Notes: a model not told the origin generated them from the sequence alone. 63,376 bases of DNA, filler included, from Globobulimina sp. (GCA_003354225.1; 31 parts of 31 records of this genome joined end to end with filler, not necessarily neighbours in it), one strand, 5' to 3'. Shown: positions 49,210-61,430, counted from the whole stretch's first letter. Numbers and translations are program-made.

Positions 49210-51100
49210 TTATGATATTCCAGCATTTCCAGGCCTAAGATTTTGTTGTTGTTGTATTTGAATTTGAAGATTAATTGAATTTGGATTTGATTTATTTCTT
49301 CCATTTATGTCAAGGCTAAAAAATCTATTCGACAAAATGGATGATCTCTTTGCTTGTATTGAGAAATTTGTATTTTTATGATCGGCACTGCCCATTTTTT
49401 GATTTTTTTCATCGTCGCCAACTAAATCAATCTTTTCAATGTTTGGTATTTGATCCAATTTCCATGCTCTTTGTATGGACTGAGCTAAATTATGTATAGA
49501 AGTTCGCAAAATTTGTAACATTTCCACACTCGATTTATGCAGAAATATTTGTGAATGTACTTCAAAAGCAATACGTATGCCGCCCTGTATAGCGCAGCAT
49601 AATATAATATTTACAGATCGTGGATCTAAACCAGATATTTCAGCAAATACTAATTTGATTGCGTTCGGTTTTTGTAATAATATTTTCTTTTTAGATTCAA
49701 TTTCGTGTCCTCCAATTTCAATGTAGTATAATTGTTGCATGCCTGCTTGTTTTATTGTTTTAAACATTCTTTTGGTGGAATATATATCAATTATACTAAA
49801 ACAAATGGATAATATTGAGGTGACAAATGCTAATATAACAATCTCTTTTGCCTGACCCAACACCCAAACTGTAAAATATATTTGCAAAGCAATTTGAGGA
49901 ACGTTTTCTAATAAAACAGTGGAATATAGACGTTTGTTGCTAAATTTCTTAATATGGCGTGCAGTTAAACCCATACTAAACATCTCTAAGGGAAATAAGT
50001 TGCAATTACACAGTTCAACCGCAGCAAATGCACTCCCAGACACAAATGTTAATGTCATTAATAACAGATTGTAATGTAAGTACCATTCACTTACTTTGTA
50101 TTGTATTGATGCGTCTGTGATCCATTTAGTGTGCGATCTGAACAATGTGGCAAAGTTCAAAACGAAAGGAATGACAATAAACATACAAGAGGCTAGAAAT
50201 AATTCATATTCTTCAATTATTGCTAAAGCAATTGCAAATACAATATCTGCATAGAAATCAAATCCATAAATTCCAAATAATATTACACTAAAAACATTAA
50301 CATTATCTGCTCCGGAATACCATGAATAACACCAACCCACAAACGCTAATAACACACATAAACCTACAAAAGCATACATTATTATATTTGCTATTGAAGT
50401 CACTGTCGAGTCATATTTCAGTACATTGTGCAATGATGCTGCCATTGATGTGGTACTCTGGTTAGAAGCAGTAAAATCAACACTGAATTTAAAATCGTAT
50501 CCATTTGGAAAGCCGACTGTTCCATCATAGTCTGCAACACTTGAAATACCAACAAAATGTCCATTATTAGCATGCCCAGAAAACACTGAGTGTGTTTGCA
50601 GTGTCATAGATTGTGTGTATACAGTTGCAATATCATGATCAGCATTAAACTTGCATCCAAATAACAGTATCCATGCAAAATTATTGCCATTGTTATTTTC
50701 ATTTATAATGACTTGGCCTTTTTCGAAAATAAACGTTATGTTTGAAATCACGGTACGGAAATGATGCGTTATTTGTGTGTACGTATGTTGACTGGATGCA
50801 AATACGTGTGTAAATTGTGAATAATTATGCGTATTACAAAAGGATAATATATTTGTATAATTAATATTAATATCACTCGAGGTTTCAATAATATAAAATT
50901 CGAGATTTTTGATAAAATTCGCATTCCAGGAAGTATCGGTTACGGTGAATGCAATATTTATATTGTTAATCATATAATTTCTGTTATCGTTAAAGTCAAA
51001 TAATTGACTAACAATCAATTTGTCGTTATAATTATCATTGGGCGCCACAATAGAAATAGAACAGTCATAATCACCATCAATAAAATTACCTTGTTATATT
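49210..51100 (-). CDS. Large ectodomain + multipass membrane protein, C-terminal part
   Basis: About seven TM segments with DFYADIVF and LLENVPQIALQIYF motifs. Confidence 0.7.
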
Positions 51101-51200
51101 NNNNNNNNNNNNNNNNNNNNNNNNNNNNNNNNNNNNNNNNNNNNTTAATTAATTAANNNNNNNNNNNNNNNNNNNNNNNNNNNNNNNNNNNNNNNNNNNN

Positions 51201-51633
51201 CGTAGCTCTGACGAATATGACTTATTTTTCGAAGCATATTCTTGTTTCATTGCATATAATGGCGTATAAACATCGACGCCCAATGATTTGGAGAACTCTT
51301 TGTGTTGAATATATTCATTTTTTATATCTGCAAATATAGCATTTAGACCGTTTATTTTTGTTGATTCTGATGATTGTGGGATTAAACTGTCATAGTTTAC
51401 GATTATTTTCCTTAATGCGGATGTAAATTGATCTTCTGCCTCAATCCTTAAGTTTATTAGTTCTAAAACACCATCCAATGATTTCATATTTTTCACAAAT
51501 TGACGGAGATCGCTTTCAAATGATAATGTTCCTGTATATATTGACACAATTTATAACTTTTTATTAATTGAGATCGATCGCTGGATGGAAAGAATAGCAT
51601 TCAACTTTTTTTGAATTCTGTTTGCATTGACAT
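51201..51633 (-). CDS. F-BAR/FCH-domain protein, N-terminal fragment
   Basis: SFESDL...INLRIEAEDQFTSALRKI...QHKEFSKSL...VYTPL; a probable short first exon starts at ATG 51633. Confidence 0.65.
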
Positions 51634-51765
51634 TGTTGTGACTTGTAATAGTTAACTGCTTAAGCTTTTTCTTACATTTTTAAAAAAAGATTTCTTTAAC
51701 AATCCTTAAATTTGTTTATATTGACTTAATTTGAAACGAATATTATATAAAATCTCAACACAAAT

Positions 51766-53046
51766 ATGACTAGCTCTGTTTCAAAAATAATTAATATTTT
51801 TGGTGGTGGAATATCAAAAGCATCCATCAGACAGAAAGCACAACAAAAAGCACCACAAAATCTATCTGATGTTTATATCCAACAAAAAGCGAAATTAAAA
51901 CATTTCGAACAAATAATCACACCGCGTATACCAATTCCTAACGTTGAAGCACAACAATTATTATCATCTCCCGCATCCGACATTGATGTTCCACCACCAT
52001 CAAAACAGCCACATTTAGCCCCCAAATTGCACAACAAATTAGTATATGTGCCTGTTTTACGCGTATACGCGCCATTAACTCCTCTACAAGAAACCGATCA
52101 TGCTGTGTACAGTGATCATACTACGAATTGCAACACGAAGATCGATGCGGATGGACCGTCAGCCAACATGTTATTCAATAATAATGACAGCGATGACAGT
52201 GATGACAGCGACAGTGATTCTGATACTTTTGACTATAATTATTGCGCCGAGGATTTGTGTTTAATCGGGAAAATCGATTCAAATGCAAAAATTGTGCAAT
52301 CCGCGGATGAATTACACAAATTTTCAACAAAACGTGCAAATGATATTGCAATGGATTTAGCAGATTTGTTATGCGATGACGAGGATGTTGACGATGACAA
52401 TGTGGTCAGTCTTGAACGACTATTAAATGCGTTCAAAATCACGCAACAACAAATTGCCAATTTACAAACCTTTACTAAAATGAGTTTATCGGCGAATGCA
52501 TCCACGATAATTGATTTCGACCCCATCATTTTGCTTAAAGTTGTTGGTGGTGCCACAGTCAAAGAAATGATACAATTTCGCAAATTAATTTTTGCCGTGG
52601 TACAGCATGTTAATGATGATGGATGGATGGGGGAAGAAATGGAAAAATGGCGCGGTATTAATAAAAATTGCGTATTTTACTCGCGATTCATTGGATATAA
52701 TACCACACCGTCATTAGTGCCACAATATAATACAGTTAGCGGTGAAAAAATAGCATTAAAAGGCAATGCATCATATTGCACTAAAAAAATGTATTCAACC
52801 GCCCATGGCCAGGGCTCTGTACATATTAATATTGATAAATTCGCAGGGAATATGCAGATAAATGCAATTATTGCCAATAAACACGAGCAGAAAATCATTA
52901 ATATTGATGATTGTGGCAATATTTATATTGACGACACTTATTTTAAAACATTAGTTCCTCGAAAAAATGCATTTATTGATAGCAACTCAACCATTAAAAT
53001 TACATTTATGACTTATAATTATTGTTTATTTCATCCGAACTTATGA
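51766..53046 (+). CDS. Hypothetical protein with acidic DS tract
   Basis: Complete 426-aa intronless ORF; no recognised domain. Confidence 0.65.
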   Translation: MTSSVSKIINIFGGGISKASIRQKAQQKAPQNLSDVYIQQKAKLKHFEQIITPRIPIPNVEAQQLLSSPASDIDVPPPSKQPHLAPKLHNKLVYVPVLRVYAPLTPLQETDHAVYSDHTTNCNTKIDADGPSANMLFNNNDSDDSDDSDSDSDTFDYNYCAEDLCLIGKIDSNAKIVQSADELHKFSTKRANDIAMDLADLLCDDEDVDDDNVVSLERLLNAFKITQQQIANLQTFTKMSLSANASTIIDFDPIILLKVVGGATVKEMIQFRKLIFAVVQHVNDDGWMGEEMEKWRGINKNCVFYSRFIGYNTTPSLVPQYNTVSGEKIALKGNASYCTKKMYSTAHGQGSVHINIDKFAGNMQINAIIANKHEQKIINIDDCGNIYIDDTYFKTLVPRKNAFIDSNSTIKITFMTYNYCLFHPNL

Positions 53047-53246
53047 TTCCTTTGCATAGCATTTAATTGTAAGAAATCTTCTTATTATGGAATGATTGCC
53101 GAAGTTGTTTATTAGCATTGGATGGATTTATATGTCTTATATATTTNNNNNNNNNNNNNNNNNNNNNNNNNNNNNNNNNNNNNNNNNNNNTTAATTAATT
53201 AANNNNNNNNNNNNNNNNNNNNNNNNNNNNNNNNNNNNNNNNNNNN

Positions 53247-54997
53247 AAGCCAGTGTCGGATTGCAGCAAATCACGCCCACAAAAGAGAGAATCGCCATGC
53301 TGGACTCCCTGGGCACGAATGGCAACACTTCGTCGTCCAACTCCTCGCAGACACGGCGCATAATGTTAATGGACGAGCATGACGAAGAAACCGACGAATC
53401 CGAGGCGAGTGCAGATGACATCGCCATTATACATCCAAAATGCAACCATAAACACACAAATGCGAGCGGATCGGATCTGGAAATATTCCGAGAAATGTTG
53501 CAGAAACAAAAAATACAGAATCATATATTCAATCACATCCATACCGGCACGGAGGCCATGGTCACGCCTAAAAGCACAGATATCTTTACTCCGTCGATGA
53601 GCAGTGGCAATAATATGAATTTTGACCCATTTTCAGAGTCTTCCATTTCTGGCCACGGCAAACGCGGCAATCACTATCGTGTCAAAAATGGGTGGAGCCG
53701 CGAGATCACTTCGCCTGAATTGAATGCCGTGATTATCCAACCTCAAATTGATGCGGATATTGGTTATGATGGCCATGGCGATGGCGTAAATCTAACGCCT
53801 TTGAAACAAATGGTGACAATCAAATGGCCGCATAAACCCAATAAAGACTTTGCGTTCGCCTCGGATGTGCATTACAAAAATGCAAAGCGGTTATCGTGGT
53901 CGGAAAGTGACATGAAATATCCGTTGAAATGGCTAATGAGTCAACAGAAACAACCTAAAAAAGCCCATACGCGACAGAAAAGGAAAAAAAGTAAACGGCA
54001 ATTAAAGTCGATACACGATTTAAAATCGAAAGAGCGTAAACAAAAAATAGCATCGTCATACAAGAAACACGCAAAGATAACGCTAACAGCGATGGATGAG
54101 AACATGGACACTTCGCTGCCATTTTCCCCTAAGCGAGCTAGTCTGACTCAAAAACATTCTCTGTCATCACTGTCCAACTCTCGCTCGAAGGACAGTAAGA
54201 GTCATAGCCATAATAAGCGTAAGCGAGAGAAAAATAAAAGCAAACACAAAAAACGTAAACATTTCTCGCTCAGCACCAATGACGCCGACATGGGCTCCAT
54301 TGACGAGATTGGTGCATTGATCCATCATTCGTCCGATTCATTTACCTCCGATACAGCAGAGTATAATAACAATATTAGCAACATCATGGATAATAATAAT
54401 ATGGCGAGCATATCGAACATATCATCGCCACCAAAGTCTAAATCTAGTGTCAATGCACCGTTATACTTCGATGATATTAACAATGAGATAAATTGCCTGG
54501 ATTCTGCACTTAGTGTAAATATACAAAATGCCAATACGAAGTTGTTTGACACATTGCGCAAATTATCGGCACAGCAATCTAAAAATAATAAAGCCAGTTA
54601 TCATAATATACCGACACAAATCCGGCATAGAAATATGCAAAACAGTTTTGACGAAAACAAGTCGCACAAACAACAACATATCATCTATGACAACAGTAGC
54701 GATGACAGTGCTGTCTCCATCAAAAGATACGCCAAAAAAGAACAGAAAATGTATAAAAAGATGAAATATAAAAATAAAAGTGGCACTGCGTTGTTGGCGC
54801 AGTCGTTTACAAAGCATGCCGGCAATGAGGCAAAAAAGAGGAATGGAACGGTATCAAATTCGGTTATGAATCCAAGCGATAACCAACAACTAAATCAACA
54901 GAACTATAAAAATTCTGACATGAATACGTTGAGCTCGATGACGCCCACTGTTTCTCAGTCATTCTTGAATATTGGCTGTAATATCGATGATCAATAA
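53247..54997 (+). CDS. Low-complexity S/K/N-rich protein C-terminus
   Basis: Long open frame followed by a T-rich 3' UTR-like tract. Confidence 0.65.
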
Positions 54998-55369
54998 TAT
55001 CTCACTTTTCTTTTTTTCAATATTTTTTTTATTGCTTTCCATTTCGTTTTTTTGTTACTTTATAATTTAAACTTTAATGTTTTTTTTTTGTGCTCGATTT
55101 TTTCCGAGAGTGTTTTTGCTTTTTTAATGTTTTTGTTTTATGTTTGACCATTTTTGTGTTTTGTTTGTTTTTGCATTTATTTGCTGCTTTTTNNNNNNNN
55201 NNNNNNNNNNNNNNNNNNNNNNNNNNNNNNNNNNNNTTAATTAATTAANNNNNNNNNNNNNNNNNNNNNNNNNNNNNNNNNNNNNNNNNNNNCAATTTCC
55301 ACTATTAAACTTGGCCGAACGTAGAATTTTTGCAATGGCAACAGTTGAAAATCCAAAATTTTCACTTTT

Positions 55370-55865
55370 GCCCATATTGAAAATTTTACATTTTCGACCT
55401 GTTACAAGTCACGTATGCGAAATAAAAGGTCGTTAGGGGTACCGTTAGAACCCTCTCGTTCTCCTCTTTCAAACGGTATATAATATTGAACGATTTATAA
55501 CAGTGGGCGCGCTGCGCGCCCCAGAAAGCGCGACCATATTCTCTGTAACCGTGAAATTAGTGTCTTTTAAAGCTTTTGGCGGCCGACAAACAATAACGGA
55601 AGTAAGGTTTTCGCGTCCAAAGACATTCTCCGCATCAAAAGCTATCGTTTGATATATAAAACTTGTGTAAACATAGCAATTTTACCTTGTATCCAGGTTG
55701 AAATTTGAAAACTTCTATTTTTCCGATGTTGGAAATTTCAACTTGAACGCTATCTGAGCAAGCTACATGTACTATAAAGGTATCATTGAAACCGTAAGCC
55801 TCTCCTATTTTTTATTACACATAAATTGAAGCGCGTTGACCATTATTAGGCGCTGCGCGCGAAGA
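55370..55865. repeat. Degenerate repeated units containing hairpin/palindrome motifs (transposon-subterminal-like)
   Basis: TACCGTTAGAA-N17-TTCAAACGGTA (55440-55478) and GGGCGCGC-T-GCGCGCCC (55505-55521). A degenerate second unit lies about 340 nt downstream (GGTATCATTGAA...GGCGCTGCGCGCG). Confidence 0.5.
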
Positions 55866-56435
55866 AAATGCTCTCAATTACATCGAGGAACACATGATTC
55901 TTCAAATGCTACTTACTGGGCGACCTTTTTTTGCCACCTGACATGTACCGTGCTTTATATTATGCAGTAAAACAGTCAAAATGCGAAATTTAACCCTAAT
56001 CTTTATTAGAAATAGTATTCCCGATATCAAAAAACTTTCAAACTAACATTATTTTGTTTAATATTTCAGTAAACAATACACATTTTCTAAACCATAACAA
56101 ATACAAATTGAAAATTCACAGATTAAAAATCCTAAAAAGTAGGAATAGGTATGGTTGGTCGAGGAAATTTGTTAGGTGGATGGCCCCTCCTGTAAGGGTG
56201 AAGCTACAAAAATTGCCAAATTTTGGTATGGGTGCCGATTTATTGCCTTTTGGGGGATTTTCAAATGAAAATAGTAATTTTTGAACAATTTTGTTGCACA
56301 GTATAGGGAGTAAAATGGGGGAGTGAGATTTTCCATGCAAGTTCATCAAGTTCCTGCAACCACACCCATGGATGTATATTTAGGAACAGATAATAATTAC
56401 TGCAAGGAAATACCTAAAATTCTCAGCTGTTTTGT

Positions 56436-57184
56436 TCAAATTTGTTTTTCATAGAAACGGTCAACCTCCTTAGCAATAGTTAAGGTTGATTTCAGGGCTG
56501 AGTTGTCTATCATACTAGGCCATTTTGCAAATGGCTCTATGGATTTTGCTATCTCTTTAGCTTCTTCAGAAAGTTGAGCAGACTGTGACTCCATTATATT
56601 ATCCCTCGTGCTGAAGTCACATTTTCTTTTTGCCATTTGAGTAAACTCATTTAGGTACTCTGCTAATCTGGTCTCAAATAGTTTGTCCCGCTTCACATAG
56701 AAACAATTTGTACCCCAAGGTGTCCAACTAAGGTAAAGACCACCATCAGCATCCAATGCCATTATTTCCAATGTTACCTTAAATGATTGCGAAAAATAAG
56801 CAAGACCAAATTTTAGGAAAGAAAATTAAGAAACTCTACCTGCACAAAATGTTTCCAGCTAATTTTATTTGCTGCCCTTGGACGTCCATTTGCAAATGGC
56901 GCTTTTATTTCTACAGCCAATTTTATGTCATTTCCAAGAAGAATGTCATCTGGTGATGAAGCAACACATTCTCGTAAATATATCATACCAACTTCTTTTA
57001 ATTTGGCATCTGTTGCATGAATTTTCAATTTTTCTGACAGCATACTGAGGTTTTTTAATAGAGTAAGTCCTGCACTTATCTCGTGAGTTGTTCCCCAATT
57101 TTTGGCCATATCAGTATCCATTTGACCTTCTCTCGAAGGAAATTCCATGTTTTCAATCTCTGTCATTCGTTGAGTATTGCCCAT
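56436..57184 (-). CDS. YqaJ/lambda-exonuclease-like PD-(D/E)XK nuclease with a spliceosomal intron (56778-56839), partial
   Basis: AKNWGTTHE, EVGM, VASSPDD, VEIKAPF, and HFVQ|VTLEIMAL...LYLSWTP after removing a 62-nt GT-AG intron. Confidence 0.8.
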
Positions 57185-57338
57185 CTGGTATCTACAAAAA
57201 GAACAGTGGGAAATTTGTAATACATAGTTTCTAGATATNNNNNNNNNNNNNNNNNNNNNNNNNNNNNNNNNNNNNNNNNNNNTTAATTAATTAANNNNNN
57301 NNNNNNNNNNNNNNNNNNNNNNNNNNNNNNNNNNNNNN

Positions 57339-59284
57339 CCGCGCAATGTCTGTAGCAGACAATGATGAAAAAGACGAAAAGGTACAACACAGCCACCACC
57401 ACGTGGAATATCATCATTTTTTCAACGCTCTGCAACTACTCGGTGCAGAATATGACCATTTCCACGCACTCAAAATATTCAAAGCGCTCGATGTCAACGC
57501 TAACGGCATATTATCATTTCGACAATTCATGAATTGGGTAAATATATATCTATAAAAACATGCGTTTCTGAGCATAAACACACATTCCACACACCCTTAA
57601 CGCACAGTTATATGGTTTGGGTCGTACAGCAGACAAAGGCCGCTTATTAACCACTATCGAATGCATGACTGGACTCCGCAAATGGCACAACAGCCTGACT
57701 TATTACGTGATGGCCACTGCAGTCAATGAAAACATGGAAGGCACTGCTAAACAATGTGTATGGTGCACTGCCAAATATAACCGTTCCAAGTCCCTCGTCG
57801 ATGTAGTATTTTTAGCAACGAGCAACAATGACGAACAAAACAGCGCCTTCCTGCTGCCCAAAGACTTGACTTCATTCACAAGCAAGTTCAAAGCGACCTT
57901 ACAGAGCATTAAAATCTCGCCGGTCTACACGCCCTCCAATAAGGACGAGAGGGTGTGTTCAATGGTGGTGATGGGGCCTGGCGAGATTGGCAAATCAGCC
58001 TTGATCAATAAGTTCGTGAAAGGTGTGTTCCCGCACGATTATGATCCGACCATTCAAGATCAAGCGCGGAAGCAAATTTTGGTGGATGACAGCCCCGCTT
58101 TGTTGGAGATTTTAGATACTGCGGGCCAGGAAGAGTTTGCCTCGATGCGCTATGACTGGCTGAAGGACAGCATTGATATCTTATTGATTTGTTTTAGCCG
58201 CGCCGATCATGACTCGTTCATACGGGCGGCGGAATTGATTGAAATTGCACAGAGGTTTGTGTATATATATGATGTAGTATTTTTTTGTTGAGCTCTGGTT
58301 GAAAAATCAAGGTTGCTCCGACAGCAGAAAACGCCTCGGATTGTGCCGATTTTGTTGGTGGGAACGAAAAAGGATTTGTCCGAGCAGGAGTTTCAAGTGA
58401 CTTTGGACGATATCGTAGAGCTACAGGCCCAGTATGGCGGTGAGGAGTTTATAGGCTATGAGGAGTGCTCTGCCTTTATGGACCAAGGCGTGGCGGAGGT
58501 GTTTGACGCCGCAGTCGTTATGTATAGGAACTGGAGGGATGGACAAAGTGGAGTTAAAATCATACGTAAAAGTAAAACTGCGCGGCAGATTGAGGAAATG
58601 AGAGAGGTTTCGTATATGCAACAGATGGGGGATACAGGTCTGTCATATGTGCTTTGTGTATATGATGGTTATCAAAATTGCAAATTGATTGCAGGTCGAC
58701 GGGGTCGCCACAAATGTGTGGCGTGTTTGGATCATTTCTGTCCAGCAATGGCAGCGTATATGAAATCGGAGGGTTCGACAAAATTGAACATTGCCAGTGT
58801 GCCAAAGGATAAGTTTGGGGACGAATTAGCAGAGCCATCGTACAGTAAACAGCATTTTTTCGTACAACGGGAGTTTTCGTGGTCGCGTTTGTTGAAATGT
58901 TTAATTGCCTGCGTTTTTTTCCCGTTGGTGATTACTTGGCAAACTATATACTTTGTGTTTTACTGCAAAGCTACAAACTGTTGTTTTAAGTGCTTATCGG
59001 AGGAGGTTGATTTCACAAATTCACAGGAAACGCTGTTTTATGATTTTTTGGGGCCGATTGTAGGGCGCGACCCGCGAAAGACTGCGAAAGATGATAATGC
59101 TCGAAAATGGTTCTTATCTCAGACTTTTGGGCAGAAATTGATGCGGTTGTTCCTTATGCTTTGCCTGGATGTCTTATTTTTCTTTGTCATTTATAATGCA
59201 ATAACGGTCGGAATTGCACGGTTCGACAAAGAGTCACAACGCCACAGCTTATCTATGTTGGAAACGTTGGGACCGGGAAAGTTA
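57339..59284 (+). CDS. EF-hand + Ras-like GTPase + multipass membrane fusion protein, partial (introns 57538-57607, 58255-58311)
   Basis: DVNANGILSFRQF (EF-hand); GPGEIGKS, YDPTIQD, LDTAGQEEF, VGTKKD and ECSA (G1-G5); at least two downstream TM segments in the same frame. Confidence 0.85.
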
Positions 59285-59385
59285 NNNNNNNNNNNNNNNN
59301 NNNNNNNNNNNNNNNNNNNNNNNNNNNNTTAATTAATTAANNNNNNNNNNNNNNNNNNNNNNNNNNNNNNNNNNNNNNNNNNNNT

Positions 59386-59520
59386 TATACCTATTCCGCT
59401 CACCCTGTTGCCTGTGCTGCCGGCATGGCCGTACTGGATGTCATTGAAAATGAAAATTTGGTGGCCAATGCCTTTAAAACAGGAAATTACCTGAGAGATG
59501 GAATTTGCGCATTGATGGAT
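59386..59520 (+). other. Embedded fragment of a bacterial-type class-III aminotransferase
   Basis: YTYSAHPVACAAGMAVLDVIENENLVANAFKTGNYL contains the TYSxHPVxCA motif. It ends abruptly inside an intron of the opposite-strand gene. Confidence 0.8.
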
Positions 59521-59544
59521 GCGACATATGACATATAACACATA

Positions 59545-60067
59545 CCTTTGCAGCACGAGTGACAGTGATGGCGCCTGGTTTGGTGTTGGATAGTCGTATC
59601 AGCATAGTTTGCTGTGTGTTGGAGGAGACCTGTTCGCTCGCTTCCGTCGTGGATAAGAATGGCCAAAAGGACTCATCATTCCATGCTTGCTGTAAAAAGG
59701 ACAAATGTGACTCTGTGTAATCAACCCAATCTATTAATTTCTGGAAGCGTTCAATGTCCAGGGAATGGTGCGTATTGTTGTTGGTATGGCAACATATTTT
59801 TAATTTGCTTAATATATCCATCATTTTATGCACTAAATTATCGATTTCAGTGTTTTCTTTGCTTTCGACGTTATTGTGCTGGTTTTGTGGCATTGGCTTC
59901 GTTTGCATTGTTTTCGTATTATATGGCTCGGAATCATCGGATTGTATGTTATTATGGTTATGTTTTGGTGGATTTTTCTGTTTAGATTTCTTTTTTTTCG
60001 CTGGAGAAAGGTATATATGGATAGAGATTCGATTTGTTTTTGAGTGTTTCTGAGGAAGAGAGCACAT
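59545..60067 (-). CDS. SH2-domain-like protein exon, truncated
   Basis: AWNDESFWPFLSTTEASEQV...TMLIRLSNTKPGAITVT matches the STAT-type SH2 start and retains the beta-B Arg; a GTATGT donor follows. Confidence 0.6.
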
Positions 60068-60347
60068 AACAGGAAAATGGCCATTTTCTCTTTTTTTGAC
60101 TCATTGTATAATGATATCATTCACTAAATATTCAGTATATATATATCATTCAATCATATCCCAATAAACACACAAATAAATAATTCAACTTCTTTTAACC
60201 AAAGGATTCAAACCAAGGTTGGTGTTAGTTGAAAAATTGAAAATGTGAAAAAGGTTGAAAAAAAAAACATTTCCCGCATCATTTCAAGCATTTCCTCGCA
60301 ATCAAAGTAGAAAAAAATCAAATCGTTTTAAATTCAATCAAAACAAT

Positions 60348-61170
60348 ATGACATCACGAAAAAGAAAGGCTGAAGATGATGAGGACGGTTCTCCTGCTGC
60401 CAAGAAACCTGTTTGTCCCATTACTATATCCCACCATTAATGTATATATGAAATAATATCAAATTACACAGAAAATACAATCAATGTATACTCGCACTGA
60501 TCCAATTACCGGTAAACTTGGAAGAATCAGGAAAAAAGATGTTAAGTTTATAATATTATATTATTCTCACATTCATCCACTAAAATGCAGCCATCGTAAT
60601 TTTATAACAACAGCATGAATACATGAGTTTCAATTTTGTTTTTTATAAAATTTGTTTTTTTTGTGTTTTTGGTGTTTCGTGTCATGTAATTTTTTATTTT
60701 ATTTTATTTTACCACTCCATCAATCCCTATTTCTTTTGTTAATTTGTTCATATTAATGCAGCCAAAAAAAGATGCCGCAGATGACAAAGATGAAAAAGAC
60801 GAAGAGACAAAACCAAAACCAAAACGAGGTCGGGGTCGTCCAAAGAAAAAAGATGAAAAAGAAAAAATAGAAGAGCCAAAACCAAAACGCGGTCGAGGTC
60901 GTCCAAAAAAAGTTAAATCCCAAAAAAAATATTTTTATAATTTGTATGTTTTCACGTTCCCGTTTTCGTATTTTAAATATATTTTATATTTGTATAAAAT
61001 ACAAATTCACAGAAAAAAGACGATGCGGTGAAACAAGCTAAAAAATGCAAAAAAAAAGCATCATTATCTCGAAAATGGACCAAAACCAATCCGAAAACAC
61101 GCAAAAAGGAAACGCGATTACGTAGAAAAGCCGCGCCGGCCTGGAAACGCAATGCAAATGGCAAATCCAT
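60348..61170 (+). CDS. AT-hook (HMGA-like) basic chromatin protein, multi-exon
   Basis: Two KPKRGRGRPKK AT-hooks; GT-AG introns link exons from ATG 60348. Confidence 0.75.
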
Positions 61171-61175
61171 AAATC

Positions 61176-61315
61176 ACGGTTCTTATCTGAAATGGCTTAA
61201 CAAAATATCGAGTTATCCGCTTATGATACTTGATGACCTGGGCTTGTCATCGCTAACGGTTCAGCAGGCTCAAGAGCTGCTCGAAGTAATTGAAGGAAGG
61301 GCAGAAAGGGGCACT
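61176..61315 (+). mobile_element. istB: Embedded fragment of IS21-family helper ATPase IstB
   Basis: GSYLKWLNKISSYPLMILDDLGLSSLTVQQAQELLEVIEGRAERG covers the Walker B region. Confidence 0.8.
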
Positions 61316-61430
61316 ATAGGAAATTGGGCCNNNNNNNNNNNNNNNNNNNNNNNNNNNNNNNNNNNNNNNNNNNNTTAATTAATTAANNNNNNNNNNNNNN
61401 NNNNNNNNNNNNNNNNNNNNNNNNNNNNNN

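Larger units (their letters stand above)
1950..61430. other. 30 artificial contig-joining linkers (N44-TTAATTAATTAA-N44); first at 1950-2049, last at 61331-61430
   Basis: An identical 100-nt spacer recurs every 2,046-2,049 nt. The 12-mer gives stop codons in all six frames, and ORFs are truncated at each spacer. Confidence 0.99.

Noticed and set aside
61028..61330. Novel AT-hook/basic-IstB fusion protein
   Set aside because: The IstB part is a short internal fragment at a contig end in a dataset with several similar chimeric inserts.
1950..61430. Regularly spaced TTAATTAATTAA repeat resembling an array or telomere-like motif
   Set aside because: It is flanked by fixed N runs at contig boundaries and is an artificial concatenation linker.
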